The notes: generated from the sequence alone by a model not told the origin. Shown: positions 45,508 through 56,706, numbered from the whole stretch's first letter. The stretch: DNA of 63,954 nt, filler included, from Caldilineae bacterium (GCA_037446815.1; 10 parts of 10 records of this genome joined end to end with filler, not necessarily neighbours in it), one strand, 5' to 3'. Translations and numbers: made by a program.

Positions 45508-46827
45508 ATGAGAGCAGTTGACACCCTCCTGGCCCACGGCGAAAAGCACGCGACCCGCATCCTGGGCGCGCTGTCCGTCCTCGCGCTGGCGGCATTCCTG
45601 GCGACGATTCCCATCCCCCGCGCCGACGGGATGCTCATCGGCTCCGATGGCATCGGCTACTACATGTACGTCCGCTCCATCGCGCTGGATGGCGACATTG
45701 ACTTCACCAACGAGGTGGCGCGCCTGAACGCCGCCAAGTACATAGACGTTTACCGTACCCCCACGGGACGCATCTCCAACCAGTACGCCATCGGCACGCC
45801 GATTTTGTGGCTCCCGTTCTTCGCCGTCGCGCATCTGCTTTCGCTCGCGCTGCGGGCGGTGGGCCTGCCCGTGGCCGCCGATGGGTACGGCTACATCTAC
45901 CAGGCGGCGGTCTGCATCGGGAGCATCGCCTACGGCTCGTGCGCCATGCTGCTGATGCACCGGACGGCCCGCCGACTGTTCCCGAGCACGGCCCTGGCCG
46001 CGTGCGTCGCGCTCTACCTGGCGACCAACTTCGCCTACTACCTCATCGCCGAGCCTTCCATGGCGCACATGTGCTCGGCCTTTGCCACGTCGGCGCTTGT
46101 GTACCTGTGGCTGGCCCGGCGCCCGCCGATGAGCGCGGGGAGATGTTTCGCCATCGGCGTGGCCGGTGGGCTGGTGGGCCTGGTGCGGCAACCCGACGCG
46201 CTCCTCCTGCTCATGCCGATGGCCGACGCCCTGCTCGCGCGCGGGCCGGTCGCGGAGCGGGTGAAGCGGCTGGGCGCGATGGCGGCGGGATTCCTGGCCG
46301 TGTTCTTGGTGCAGATGTGGGTATGGTACATCCTGAACGGAAGCCCGTTCCTGAGCGGCTACCTACTGAAGGGCGACCAGGGGTTCGTGTGGGGGGCGCC
46401 GCGCGTGCTGGAGGCCCTGTTCTCCACGCGGCACGGCCTGTTCCTGTGGCACCCGGTGCTGTTGCTGGCGGTCGCGGGGCTGGCGCTGGTGACCCGGCAG
46501 GACGCCGCCACGGGGGCCTTGCTCCTCGCGGGGTTCGCGGGCCAGACTTACGTCATCGCGTCGTGGTCGGCGTGGTGGCAGGGCGACTCCTTCGGCGGGC
46601 GCATGTTCATGGCGACCCTGCCCATCTTCGCCATCGGCCTGGCGGCATTTCTCGAGAGCGTTCGGTCGCGGCCGAGCGTGGCGGCGACTGTGCTCGGAAT
46701 CATCGCCGCCCTCGTCGTGTGGAATGCGCTGTTCATGGCGCAGTATCGGCTGGGCTACATCTCCCGCGGCGGGCCGTACACCCTGCGCGAACTCACGTGG
46801 GGAAAGGCGGAGATGGTGGGGGATATG
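45508..46827 (+). CDS. GT-C membrane glycosyltransferase, 3' truncated
   Basis: SDGIGYYMYVRS..DGD, YAIGT, HGLFLWHP, WWQGDSFGGRMF. Confidence 0.8.
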
Positions 46828-47088
46828 NNNNNNNNNNNNNNNNNNNNNNNNNNNNNNNNNNNNNNNNNNNNTTAATTAATTAANNNNNNNNNNNNNNNNN
46901 NNNNNNNNNNNNNNNNNNNNNNNNNNNCACTGACCATAACGGTCAAGTTAGTGGGCGCACCGCATAGCAACGTGCAAGTATATGCATAACGCCCCCTGTG
47001 TCAAATTGAGCCGGCGCTTTGCAATCTGCCGCCACCTGTGGTAAAACAGGGCCAACAATCACGAACCGTTGCCTGGAAGGAGTGGGAC

Positions 47089-48420
47089 ATGCCCGAACGC
47101 ATCACGCCGCGCTTGCCCAGGGGGATGCGCGACATCCTGCCGGAGAAGATGATCCTCCGCAACTACGTCATGGACACCATCCGAACCGTGTTTGAGCAGT
47201 TCGGGTTTGAGCCACTGCACACGCCCGCCGTGGAACTGGCCGAAACCCTCATGGGCAAGTACGGCCCCGATGCCGAGCGGCTCATCTACGACGTGCGCCA
47301 GCGCCAGGGGCACGAGGATCTGGCGCTTCGGTACGACCTGTCGGTGCCGCTCAGCCGCGTCGTCGCCATGAACCCCGACCTCCTACTGCCCTTCAAGCGC
47401 TACCAGATCGCGCCCGTCTGGCGGGCCGAACGCCCCCAGAAGGGCCGCTATCGGGAGTTCTACCAGTGCGACGCCGACATCGTGGGGTCCGCCAGCATGT
47501 TGGCCGACGCCGAAATCATCGCGGTCATCTACACGGTCCTGGAGCGCCTGGGCTTCCGCCGCTACACGACGCGCATCAACAACCGCAAGGTCCTCACCGG
47601 CATCGGCATCTACTCGGGCGTGGAGGGCGAGGCCCTGGGCCAACTCTATCGCTCCATTGACAAACTGGACCGCATCGGCATGGATGGCGTCCGCGACGAA
47701 CTGCGGGCCGGGGGCATCGCCGAGGATGTCGTCGCCCGCATGGTGGACCTGCTCCAGATACGCGGCTCCACGTCCACGATCATCCCCGAGATGGCGCAAC
47801 GCCTGGCCGGCATTCCCATCGCCGAGGAGGGCCTGGCCGAACTGCGCGATCTCGTATCGTACCTCGGCGCCATGGGCGTGCCCGAAACCGCATACCAGAT
47901 TGATTTCGCCATGGTGCGCGGCCTGGACTACTACACCGGCCCCATTTACGAGACCGTCGTGGAAGAGCCGAAGATCGGCAGCATCACCGGTGGGGGACGG
48001 TACGATCGCCTGATAGAAATGTTCTCCGAGAGGGGCTATCCGGCCACCGGCACGACCATCGGGATTGAGCGCATCATTGACGTGATGGATGAACTGGGCA
48101 TGTTCCCGCAGTCCCTTCGGCGCACGCTGGTGGAGGTGCTGGTGCTCCAGTTTGACCCGGCGCTCCTGGCGCAGACGCTCCAACTTGCCCGAGACCTGCG
48201 CGAACAGGGCCTGCGCGTGGAAGTGTACTTTGAGCCCGACTCGGTGAAGAAGCAGTTCCGGTACGCCAGCCGCAAGGGCATCCCGTTCGCCGCCATCCTG
48301 GGCCCCGACGAGGCAGCCCAGGGCCAGGTTACCATCAAGAACCTGGACTTGGGCGAACAGCGCACCGTGCCTCAGTCCGAGGCAGCGCAGGCAATCCGTA
48401 CCTGGAGCGGGGGAGCGTAA
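47089..48420 (+). CDS. hisS: Histidine--tRNA ligase
   Basis: PRGMRD, LRYDLSVP, RAERPQKGRYREFYQCD, RGLDYYTG, GGGRYD, GIERI. Confidence 0.98.
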   Translation: MPERITPRLPRGMRDILPEKMILRNYVMDTIRTVFEQFGFEPLHTPAVELAETLMGKYGPDAERLIYDVRQRQGHEDLALRYDLSVPLSRVVAMNPDLLLPFKRYQIAPVWRAERPQKGRYREFYQCDADIVGSASMLADAEIIAVIYTVLERLGFRRYTTRINNRKVLTGIGIYSGVEGEALGQLYRSIDKLDRIGMDGVRDELRAGGIAEDVVARMVDLLQIRGSTSTIIPEMAQRLAGIPIAEEGLAELRDLVSYLGAMGVPETAYQIDFAMVRGLDYYTGPIYETVVEEPKIGSITGGGRYDRLIEMFSERGYPATGTTIGIERIIDVMDELGMFPQSLRRTLVEVLVLQFDPALLAQTLQLARDLREQGLRVEVYFEPDSVKKQFRYASRKGIPFAAILGPDEAAQGQVTIKNLDLGEQRTVPQSEAAQAIRTWSGGA

Positions 48421-48436
48421 CCCATCGGCGTGCGAA

Positions 48437-48469
48437 GGCGGGACGGGGCTACCGAGAACCCGTCCCGCC
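48437..48469. terminator. Hairpin between convergent genes
   Basis: GGCGGGACGGG..CCCGTCCCGCC. Confidence 0.65.
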
Positions 48470-48496
48470 AACACGCGCCGATTGCCAATGCGCGGC

Positions 48497-49021
48497 TCAC
48501 TTCACCGTCGTAACGACCTCGTCTAGTCCCCTGCGCGGGGTGTGCGCGCCGCCTTCCTTCGCAGGGTAGCCGATGGGCACAATGGCCACCGGCCGCAGCA
48601 CCGCCGGCAGCCGCAGCACCGCGGCCGCCTGCTCCTCGTCAAAGGCCCCCACCCAGCACGCGCCGAGGCCCATGTCCACGGCGGCCAGCAGGATGTACGT
48701 CGTCGCGATGGCCGTGTCTTGGATGCAGTACAGATCGCGCCCGCGGCTCCCGTAGCGGGCGGACGACCGCGCCGCGTCGGCGCAGACCACGATGACCACC
48801 GGCGCTTCGGCTACGAACGTCTGATCAAACGCCGCCGCCGCAAGCCCGTCCTTCACGTCCTGCGACCAGACCACGTAGAAATGCCACGGCTGCCGATTGC
48901 CGGCCGACGGCGCGCGGATGGCCGCCTCCAGCAACTTCTGCACCTGCGCCTCTTTCACCGGCTTGTCCTGCCGAAACTGGCGCACGCTGCGCCGAGCATG
49001 GATGACGTCCCAGAACTCCAT
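48497..49021 (-). CDS. Nitroreductase family protein
   Basis: RRSVRQF, APSAGNRQPW, GLGACWVG, IGYP. Confidence 0.93.
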   Translation of the reverse strand: MEFWDVIHARRSVRQFRQDKPVKEAQVQKLLEAAIRAPSAGNRQPWHFYVVWSQDVKDGLAAAAFDQTFVAEAPVVIVVCADAARSSARYGSRGRDLYCIQDTAIATTYILLAAVDMGLGACWVGAFDEEQAAAVLRLPAVLRPVAIVPIGYPAKEGGAHTPRRGLDEVVTTVK

Positions 49022-49026
49022 GAGCC

Positions 49027-49794
49027 CTACCTCTCCAGTTGTAGATTCCAGCCGCGCACGCTTTCCAGGAGCGCGTAGTCGGTCAAGTCCAATTTGAGGG
49101 GCGTGATGGACACGTAGCCGTGCTTGATGGCCCAGAAGTCCGTCCCCTCCAGCGGTTCGCCATCGGGCGGGTCGCCGCCGATCCAGTAGTAACTCTCGCC
49201 GCGGGGGTCTTTGCGCTCAATGAGCACATCCTTGTACACCCTACGCCCCAGACGGGTTACCAGCACGCCCTTCAGCGCGTCGTAGGGAAGCGCGGGCACG
49301 TTCACGTTGAGCAGCGTCCCCGCCGGAAGGCCGCGAGCCAGCACCTCGCGAGCCACCTGCTCCACGACCCGCGCCGCCGGCCCGAAGTCCCACCCCTCCC
49401 AGCCATCCACCGAGGCGGCAATGGCCGGAATGCCGGAGACCACGCCTTCCATGGCCGCGGCCACCGTGCCCGAGTACGTTACGTCCTCGCCCATGTTCGG
49501 CCCTTTGTTGATGCCCGAGACCACCAGATCGGGCCGCCTGTCCAGGATGCCCAACAGGGCCAGCGCCACGCAGTCCGACGGCGAGCCGGTGGTAACCCAC
49601 GCCTCCGAGCCGTCGGCCAGCGCGCCGCGCCGCACCCGCATGGGCTTGTGCATCGTCTTGGTGTGGCCGGCCGCCGACCAACTGTGGGCCGGCGCGAACA
49701 CCGCCACCTCGCCCAGCCACCCCAGCGTCTGCTTCAGCGCCACCAGCCCGGGCGAATCTATGCCGTCGTCGTTGGTGATGAGGATGAGGGACAT
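49027..49794 (-). CDS. surE: 5'/3'-nucleotidase SurE
   Basis: ILITNDDGI, GSPSDCV, SGINKGPN..YSGTVAAA, NVNVP. Confidence 0.96.
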   Translation of the reverse strand: MSLILITNDDGIDSPGLVALKQTLGWLGEVAVFAPAHSWSAAGHTKTMHKPMRVRRGALADGSEAWVTTGSPSDCVALALLGILDRRPDLVVSGINKGPNMGEDVTYSGTVAAAMEGVVSGIPAIAASVDGWEGWDFGPAARVVEQVAREVLARGLPAGTLLNVNVPALPYDALKGVLVTRLGRRVYKDVLIERKDPRGESYYWIGGDPPDGEPLEGTDFWAIKHGYVSITPLKLDLTDYALLESVRGWNLQLER

Positions 49795-49804
49795 GCTGCC
49801 TCTC

Positions 49805-52800
49805 CTACACGATGAGATTCCACGCGCGTCGGTCGTGCCACGCCACCGGCGCGACCGGAGTGCTCACGGAACTCTTCTTCTCCGGCTTGGGCCGGTGAAT
49901 CACCTGCGCGTGCACCTTCTCGCTCTCGGTGGTATTCCCCGCCGAATCATAGGCCACGGCGTGAATCGTGTGCGTCTCCGTGTACCCGTGCGTGTCGGAG
50001 ATGATGCTCATCCCGTTGGCCCACACCTGTATCAGGCGACCGTTCTCATCGGCGATGACCTCGGTTACCGTGATGACGCCCTCCGTAACCACGCCATCGG
50101 GGCCGGTAATCGGGCCGGTCGTCGTGATGACCGTCCCGGGAATGGGAATCGTGTCCGACATGACAATCGTCCACTTCAGGCTATACGGCGCCACCGTGGT
50201 GAACCCCACCGACTGCCCGTCCACGAAGAACTCCACCCGATCCATGGACAGGTTGTCGCGGACATCCGCCTGGATGTTGATGTAGTCGTCCTGCTCCTTG
50301 ATGTAGACCCTACCCTCATCGGGATTGATGATTTGAATCTTGGGCGGCTGGTTGTCCACATTCACTTGGATTGCGGTCTGGCGCACGCTCTGATCCTGGC
50401 GGACGACGGTCAGTTGCAGCGTGTACAGGCCGTCCAGTTGGCTCACGTCCCAGTACTCCAGCGGGCCGTTGCTGACCTGGTTGTAGTGCTCGCCGCCGAC
50501 TTGGCTCCAGGCCGAGGGATTCAACCCCTGGCCGTATTCCAGCCGCCAGTAGTGGAAGTTATCGGAGCGCGCGTTGCCCATGATGACCACGCCGCCCCGC
50601 ACGTAGGAATAGGGCGCGGGCGAGATGATGGCCACGTCGCCCTGGGCAGGCCCCGGGCCGAACATGTCGTCGTACTCCGTCGGCGGCTGCGGGATGCCCT
50701 GCTCGCGCACCCAGTCGGCGGCGCGCGGCGGGTAAATCTCGTACACCCGCGACTCCACTAACTCCGGCGGCGTGTACACCGTCGCCAACTTGCCCGTGAG
50801 TTTGTTGATTTTGAACTCGCGGTGCATGTCGCACGGCTGGGTCGGCTCGGTTCCGGCGATGAAGATTTCCTTCACCGGGCTTGGGCAGTGCTCCGTCGGC
50901 AGCAGGCCCGACAGCGGGCACACGTACACCTCAATGATTCCCGGCGGCCGCTTGAACTCCATCACCGGCAGATTCTCGTGCACCTTCTCCATGAAGTCGT
51001 GCCAGATGGGCCCGACCGCCCGGCTTGCCGGGATGCGGCCCATCGGCTCGTAGTCGGTGTTGCCGCACCACACGCCGGTAACCACCTGCGGCGTGTAGCC
51101 GATAATCCAGTCGTCGCGGAAGTCGTTGGTGGTGCCGGTCTTCACCCCCGCCGGGCGGCTGAGTTTCAGCGGGCTATCGGGGCCGAAGGCCGCCGCCCGC
51201 GCGTTGTTGTCCGACATCATGTCCTGCATCAGGTAGGCCAACTGCGGACTGAGCACCTCGCGGGTCTCCGGCTGCTTGAACTGCTTGAGCACCTTGCCAT
51301 CGCGGTCGGTAACCAGCAGGATCGCCACCGGGTCCAACTGCCGGAACCCGGGCCGCAGGCGGCTGGGCGGGATCGGCTGGCCGGCCATGACGCCGTTGTT
51401 CGCGAACACGCTGTAGGCATAGGTCATGTCCAGGAGCGTAACCTCGCCGCCGCCCAGCGTCAGGCTCAGGCCGTAGAAATCCTTGGTCAGCGTGTTGATG
51501 CCCATCTGGTGCGCCGTGTTGATGACGTTCTTCACGCCGACCTTGCTCAGCATCTCCACGGCGGGGATATTCAGCGAGCGCGCCAGGGCCAGCCGCATCC
51601 GCTGGGGCCCGCGATAGTTGAGGCCGTAGTTCTCGGGCACATACGGCGGGTTGGGGTAGTCGTCAAACGCCTGGCGCACGTCCAGGAGCATGGTCGCGGG
51701 CGTGTACCCCTGGGCCAACGCAGTAACGTAGGTGAACGGCTTGAACGATGACCCGGGCTGCCGCTCCGACAGCGCCACGTTCACCTGGCCCTTGATAGTC
51801 GTGCTGAAGTAGTCCAGCGACCCCACCATGGTCAGAATCTCACCGGTGTTGGGGCGGATGGCGACGACGGCGGCGTTGTTGATGTCCCAGTTCTCGGCGC
51901 GCAGTTTGGCGATTTGGTCGCGGGCCAACTGCTCGGCCAACTTCTGCATGTCGTAGTCCAGCGTGGTGTAAACCTTCAGCCCGCCCCGATACACCATGTC
52001 CGCGCCGAATTCGTCCACCAGGAGTTGGCGCACGTACATGGAGAAGTGCGGCGCCTCTATGTCAAATCGCTGCTGCTCCGCGATTTGCAGCGGGGTGTAC
52101 TTGGCCTCCACGGCCTGCTCCTCGGTGATGTACCCCTCGCGGAGCATCTGATCCAGCACCAGGTGTTGGCGCTCCTTGGCCTTGTCCGGGTTGTCAATGG
52201 GGTTCATCCCGGGATATTGCGGAATGGCGGCAAGCATGGCGCACTCGGCCAGGTTCAGGTCGCGCACGCTCTTGCCGAAGTAGGTCTGCGCCGCTGCCTC
52301 CACGCCGTAGGCCAGGTTGCCGTAGAAGTTGTTGTTCAGGTACCATTCCAGAATCTTGTCCTTGCCCTCGCGCCCGGGATAGCGCCGCGAAATCTCCAGC
52401 GCCAGAATCGCCTCTTTAATCTTGCGCTCGTAGGAGATTTTGTAGCGCTCCTCGGGCGGGATGAGGACGTTCTTGACCAGTTGCATGGTGATGGAACTGG
52501 CGCCTTGAATCTGCTCGCCCCGCAGGTTGGACAGCGCCGCGCGCGCGATGCCGCGAAGGTCCACGCCCGGGTTCGCGTAGAACGACTTGTCCTCAATGGC
52601 AATGGTGGCCTGGCGCAGGTAGAGCGGAATCTGATCCAGCGGGATGTACGTGCGGTCTCCCCACTTGGGGTCAAAAATCTCGTACAGCAGGTACTGGCCC
52701 GTGCGGTCGTATATCTTCGTCGTCTCAAAGTCCTGCTCGGCGATCTCAATCGCGCTGGGGTCGGGCAATTCCTGCGCGAAGTAGGCGTACACGCCCACCA

Positions 52801-52945
52801 CGGCGGCCACGCCCGTGAGGGCGAGCGCCAGGATTCCGCCCAGCATCAGGGCAACAAACGCCAGCGCCCCCTTGGCAAAGATGCTCATCCCGCCGTTCTT
52901 TCGGGCGCGACGGCGGATCAAGACCTGCTTCGTAGACCGTCTCAT
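49805..52945 (-). CDS. Class A penicillin-binding protein with C-terminal Ig-like domains
   Basis: IAIEDKSF, GASSITMQL, RKIKE, PGSSFKP, SLN, KTGT. Confidence 0.93.
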   Translation of the reverse strand: MRRSTKQVLIRRRARKNGGMSIFAKGALAFVALMLGGILALALTGVAAVVGVYAYFAQELPDPSAIEIAEQDFETTKIYDRTGQYLLYEIFDPKWGDRTYIPLDQIPLYLRQATIAIEDKSFYANPGVDLRGIARAALSNLRGEQIQGASSITMQLVKNVLIPPEERYKISYERKIKEAILALEISRRYPGREGKDKILEWYLNNNFYGNLAYGVEAAAQTYFGKSVRDLNLAECAMLAAIPQYPGMNPIDNPDKAKERQHLVLDQMLREGYITEEQAVEAKYTPLQIAEQQRFDIEAPHFSMYVRQLLVDEFGADMVYRGGLKVYTTLDYDMQKLAEQLARDQIAKLRAENWDINNAAVVAIRPNTGEILTMVGSLDYFSTTIKGQVNVALSERQPGSSFKPFTYVTALAQGYTPATMLLDVRQAFDDYPNPPYVPENYGLNYRGPQRMRLALARSLNIPAVEMLSKVGVKNVINTAHQMGINTLTKDFYGLSLTLGGGEVTLLDMTYAYSVFANNGVMAGQPIPPSRLRPGFRQLDPVAILLVTDRDGKVLKQFKQPETREVLSPQLAYLMQDMMSDNNARAAAFGPDSPLKLSRPAGVKTGTTNDFRDDWIIGYTPQVVTGVWCGNTDYEPMGRIPASRAVGPIWHDFMEKVHENLPVMEFKRPPGIIEVYVCPLSGLLPTEHCPSPVKEIFIAGTEPTQPCDMHREFKINKLTGKLATVYTPPELVESRVYEIYPPRAADWVREQGIPQPPTEYDDMFGPGPAQGDVAIISPAPYSYVRGGVVIMGNARSDNFHYWRLEYGQGLNPSAWSQVGGEHYNQVSNGPLEYWDVSQLDGLYTLQLTVVRQDQSVRQTAIQVNVDNQPPKIQIINPDEGRVYIKEQDDYINIQADVRDNLSMDRVEFFVDGQSVGFTTVAPYSLKWTIVMSDTIPIPGTVITTTGPITGPDGVVTEGVITVTEVIADENGRLIQVWANGMSIISDTHGYTETHTIHAVAYDSAGNTTESEKVHAQVIHRPKPEKKSSVSTPVAPVAWHDRRAWNLIV

Positions 52946-53120
52946 CTCTTCTTCAAGCCTGTGGATTCGGGGTATGGTGTGGATTCTATACTATCAGAAA
53001 AGGGTATGCGGGGCAAATGGNNNNNNNNNNNNNNNNNNNNNNNNNNNNNNNNNNNNNNNNNNNNTTAATTAATTAANNNNNNNNNNNNNNNNNNNNNNNN
53101 NNNNNNNNNNNNNNNNNNNN

Positions 53121-53211
53121 CACCCCAGCCCTCTCCCGATGGGCGAGGGAGCGTTGCCCTCACCCCAGCCCTCTCGCGACGGGATTGGCCAAACACACTT
53201 GGAACCGAATC
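53121..53211. repeat. BoxC-like units ending in a MITE terminus
   Basis: CACCCCAGCCCTCTC twice; CCAAACACACTTGGAACCGAATC. Confidence 0.7.
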
Positions 53212-53219
53212 GGGTAGGT

Positions 53220-53369
53220 GATTCGGTTCCATCTTGTGTTGGTGAACCGCATGTACACTCTCTTCATGTGTCATTGCGAGCGAAGCGAAGCAATCCCACG
53301 CCCTGGAGATTGCTTCGGGCGCTCCGCGCCCTCGCAATGACAGCCACCAACAGACTCTGAAACCGAGTC
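53220..53369. mobile_element. 150-bp MITE (type A)
   Basis: GATTCGGTTCCATCTTGTGTTGG..CCAACAGACTCTGAAACCGAGTC; no clear TSD. Confidence 0.82.
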
Positions 53370-53453
53370 GGTCGCGTGCTCCGCTGTACGCGGGCCGCAA
53401 TATGTGGCATAATGTGAGCGCGGGTTCCGTCTGTACGTTTAGACAAGGAGGGC

Positions 53454-53909
53454 ATGATGTCTGAGCAGTCGCGGCCGCATGACGAGAAAGAGGAAGAGAA
53501 GCGCCACGAGAAGGAGGACGAGAAGCGGGAAGAGAAGAGCGCGGAGGAGAAGTGGCAGCGCGACCCTCTGGGAACGCTCATTTGGGCGGGGATCCTCATC
53601 TGGGCAGGCGTGGTCCTGCTGGCCAGCAACTTGGGCTATCTGGACACGTGGGCCACGCAACTCGGCGTGCCCGATTTGACCGCGTGGAACTTCGTGTTTC
53701 TGGGCGCGGCGCTGCTGCTGGTGCTGGAGATTGTGCTGCGCCTGGCTATCCCCGCCTACCGACGCCCTGTCGTGGGCACGGCGATCTTCGCGCTCATTCT
53801 GTTTGGCATCGGCCTGGGCGACCGATTCGGGTGGGAACTCATCTGGCCGGCGATTCTCATCATCTTGGGCCTGTCCATTCTCTTGCGGGGGTTCACCCGG
53901 CGGCGGTAG
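53454..53909 (+). CDS. Membrane protein with LiaF/LiaI-like TM region and charged N-terminus
   Basis: EKEEEK-rich start, four TMs, IWPAILIILG. Confidence 0.75.
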   Translation: MMSEQSRPHDEKEEEKRHEKEDEKREEKSAEEKWQRDPLGTLIWAGILIWAGVVLLASNLGYLDTWATQLGVPDLTAWNFVFLGAALLLVLEIVLRLAIPAYRRPVVGTAIFALILFGIGLGDRFGWELIWPAILIILGLSILLRGFTRRR

Positions 53910-53912
53910 GCG

Positions 53913-55058
53913 CTACAGCCGCCCCAGGTTGAACGTCATGAACTCGTCCCACAGGTAGCGCAGGGGCGTGTGCCAACGGTCGCGCCCAATGCAGCGGTAG
54001 TACGGCGGGCGCACCGCTAGGATGAGGTCGCCGATGCGGTAACGCGCCAGGATGGGCGTGGACACCACCAGGCTGCCCATTTCGCCCGGGCGCATCTCGT
54101 GGAGCATCTTCACCCCCGCGCGCGTCTGCACCTCAAAGAAGAACAGGTCGTAATTGGGAACCCAGGCGCGTTTTTCGTCCATCTGCTGGCCGAACATCCC
54201 CTCCGTCGCGCCGTAGATTTCGCGGATGGCAACGCGGCCGTACAGGGCCGTGAGCGATGGCTCCAGGCGCGTGTTGATGCCCGGCACGGAGCCCAGGGTC
54301 ATGATTTGCGTCTTCCACAGGTCTTTGGGGTAGACGCCGCGCTTCCTCTTGAGGTATCGCGCGAACTTCACGGCCGTCGGCGCGACGCCACCCACAAGTG
54401 TAACGTTCAGGTCTTTGCACTTCTGATAGGCCAGTTCAAACCGCGCTTCCCAGTCTCGGAGGGTCTTGCCGCCGCCGAGGGCGTCAATCTCGGGCTGGGA
54501 TGGCACCGAGCGGATGGGCGTGCGCTCCGAGACGTACTTGGCGTAGATGCCGGAACTGTAGCCATACTCCACTTCGCGATCGCCGACCTTCACCGTGCCT
54601 ACCACCGAGGGGAAGTTGAGGTTCAGGTTCACGCCCTGGAACAGGTCAAAGCGGCGGGTAGAAAGGACGTAATTGAGCATGGCGCGGCCCGCGCTGACGC
54701 GCATCTTCAGGTCGGTGGCGGTCATTGGGATGAACTTGGAGTCGCCGGTGGTGCCGCGGGTGATGGCCCAGCCGACCGGCGGTTCGGTGAGGAGGAGGCC
54801 CACATCGCCGGCCATCACGCGGTCAATGAGGGGCTTGTAGTCCTCGGAGGTCATGATGGGGAAGGCGCGGCGGAAGTCGTCTAGAGAGCCGATGTGCTGC
54901 GCGCCGTGTTGTTGGCCGTAGGTGGTGGCGGCGTAGATTTGCAGGTAGCGGTGAAGGACGGCGTCCTGAGCCCGGGCGGGGTCGGCGACGGCATCGTGCC
55001 AGGGCTGCACCTGGGCATGGAGCAGGGTGAGCATTTGCTGGGGGTCGGGTGTTGCCAT
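53913..55058 (-). CDS. GH3 (acyl acid-amido synthetase-like) family protein
   Basis: TTYG..FRRAFPI..DY, TRGTTGDSKFIP, YGATEG, RYRIGD. Confidence 0.8.
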   Translation of the reverse strand: MATPDPQQMLTLLHAQVQPWHDAVADPARAQDAVLHRYLQIYAATTYGQQHGAQHIGSLDDFRRAFPIMTSEDYKPLIDRVMAGDVGLLLTEPPVGWAITRGTTGDSKFIPMTATDLKMRVSAGRAMLNYVLSTRRFDLFQGVNLNLNFPSVVGTVKVGDREVEYGYSSGIYAKYVSERTPIRSVPSQPEIDALGGGKTLRDWEARFELAYQKCKDLNVTLVGGVAPTAVKFARYLKRKRGVYPKDLWKTQIMTLGSVPGINTRLEPSLTALYGRVAIREIYGATEGMFGQQMDEKRAWVPNYDLFFFEVQTRAGVKMLHEMRPGEMGSLVVSTPILARYRIGDLILAVRPPYYRCIGRDRWHTPLRYLWDEFMTFNLGRL

Positions 55059-55213
55059 AGGGCCTCCTGCCGATGGGATGTAGCCCGCACTGTGGGATAC
55101 TCTAGCACAAGCCCGCCGTGAGCGCAAACAGGCTCACCGAAGGATCAGCGCGCCCGAAGCCATCTCCAGGGCGCAAGGTGGATCCGCTTCGCTTACAGGG
55201 ATGGTGGGGCGAC

Positions 55214-55346
55214 AACGTGCGACGCACCGCCGAGGTGCCTCGCACGTGGCCCTTCCCGCGCGGGGCCGCCCCCCCGCGCTGAGGGAGCGAAGCGCCTTCG
55301 GGGCGGCCTGTTCTCTATTCGCGTGGATTCGTGGCATTCGCGGATA
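55214..55346. repeat. Degenerate 35-bp palindrome and 9-bp-period repeat
   Basis: AACGTGCGACGCACCGCCGAGGTGCCTCGCACGT; ATTCGCGTGGATTCGTGGCATTCGCGGAT. Confidence 0.7.
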
Positions 55347-55475
55347 GGGTCGGGGACTGTTTCGCTCCGCTCGCAATTCAGGCAGAAGGACGCCGGTTGA
55401 CCGCGGGGCCCGTGGCGGGTAAAATGGCACACCATCGCGGCGAGGCCGCTTGACTCAGCCAGCATAGAGGATGCC

Positions 55476-56706
55476 ATGTCCGCCAGCGCCACAAGCGTAT
55501 CCGAGACAAGTCGCGTTTCCCTGCGGCGCATTGCCGCGACGTGGTGGCCGTTGGCGGCGTCGTGGTTGCTCATGAGTCTGGAGGGGCCTGCGCTCAGCGC
55601 CTTCGTGGCCCGCCTGGCGCATCCCGAAATCCATCTGGCGGCTTACGGGAGCGTCGTCTTCCCCCTGGCGCTCATCATTGAATCCCCCATCATCATGCTG
55701 TTGGCCGCTTCTACGGCGTTGAGCCGAGATTGGGCTTCGTTCGCCAAAGTGCGGCGCTTCATGATGCGCACGTCGGCGATCTTGACGGCGCTGCACGCGC
55801 TGGTGGCGTTCACGCCGCTGTACTACGTGGTGGTGCAAGGGCTCATCGGCGCGCCCGAGGAGGTCATCGGGCCAGCCAGACTCGGGCTCCGCATCATGCT
55901 GCCGTGGACGTGGTCTATCGCATACCGGCGGTTCCATCAGGGCGTGCTCATCCGATTCGGCCGATCGCGCTCGGTGAGCGTGGGCACGCTGATTCGGCTG
56001 CTGGCGGATTTGGCGGTGCTGGCGTGCGGATTTGCCATCGGGACGTTGCCCGGCACGGTTGTGGCGACGGGGGCGGTGGCAGCGGGCGTCGTGAGCGAGG
56101 CTGCTTTCATCGGGCTTCGGGCGCGCCCCATCGTCAACGGCGCGCTGCGCCAAGCCCCGCCTGTGGAACCCGCGCTGACCTGGCGAGCGTTCTTCGCCTT
56201 CTATGTTCCCCTGGCGATGACGTCGTTGCTGTCGCTGTTGATGCAGCCCATCGGCGCGGCGGGCCTGAGCCGCATGCCCGATGCGCTCTCATCGCTGGCG
56301 GCCTGGCCGGTGGTGTCGGGTTTGGTGTTCATGCTGCGCAGCGTGGGGATGGCATACAACGAGGTGGTGGTGGCCTTGCTGGATGAGCGGGGCGCATGGC
56401 GGAACCTGCGGCGCTTCGCCGTGATTCTGGCGATTGCTCTCGGCGGGCTGCTCCTGGTTCTGGCTGCGACGCCGCTGGCGAAGTTGTGGTTTCAAACGGT
56501 GTCGGGGTTGAGTCCAACGCTGAGCGATTTGGCGAAGCGCGCCATCTGGTATGCGCTGCCGCTTCCCGCGCTCACGGCGGTGTACAGTTGGTACCAGGGC
56601 GTGCTGGTGCATAGCCGACATACGCGAGGCATCACCGAGGCGGTGGTCATCTTTCTGCTGGTTACCAGTGGGCTCATGGCGGCGGGAGTGGCATGGGGCA
56701 AGGCGA
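55476..56706 (+). CDS. MATE/ANKH-like (MOP superfamily) membrane protein, cut by the gap at 56707-56806
   Basis: Duplicated halves (WWPLAASWLL..ARL..LAAY / YVPLAMTSLL..SRM..LAAW), RRFHQGVLI. Confidence 0.75.
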
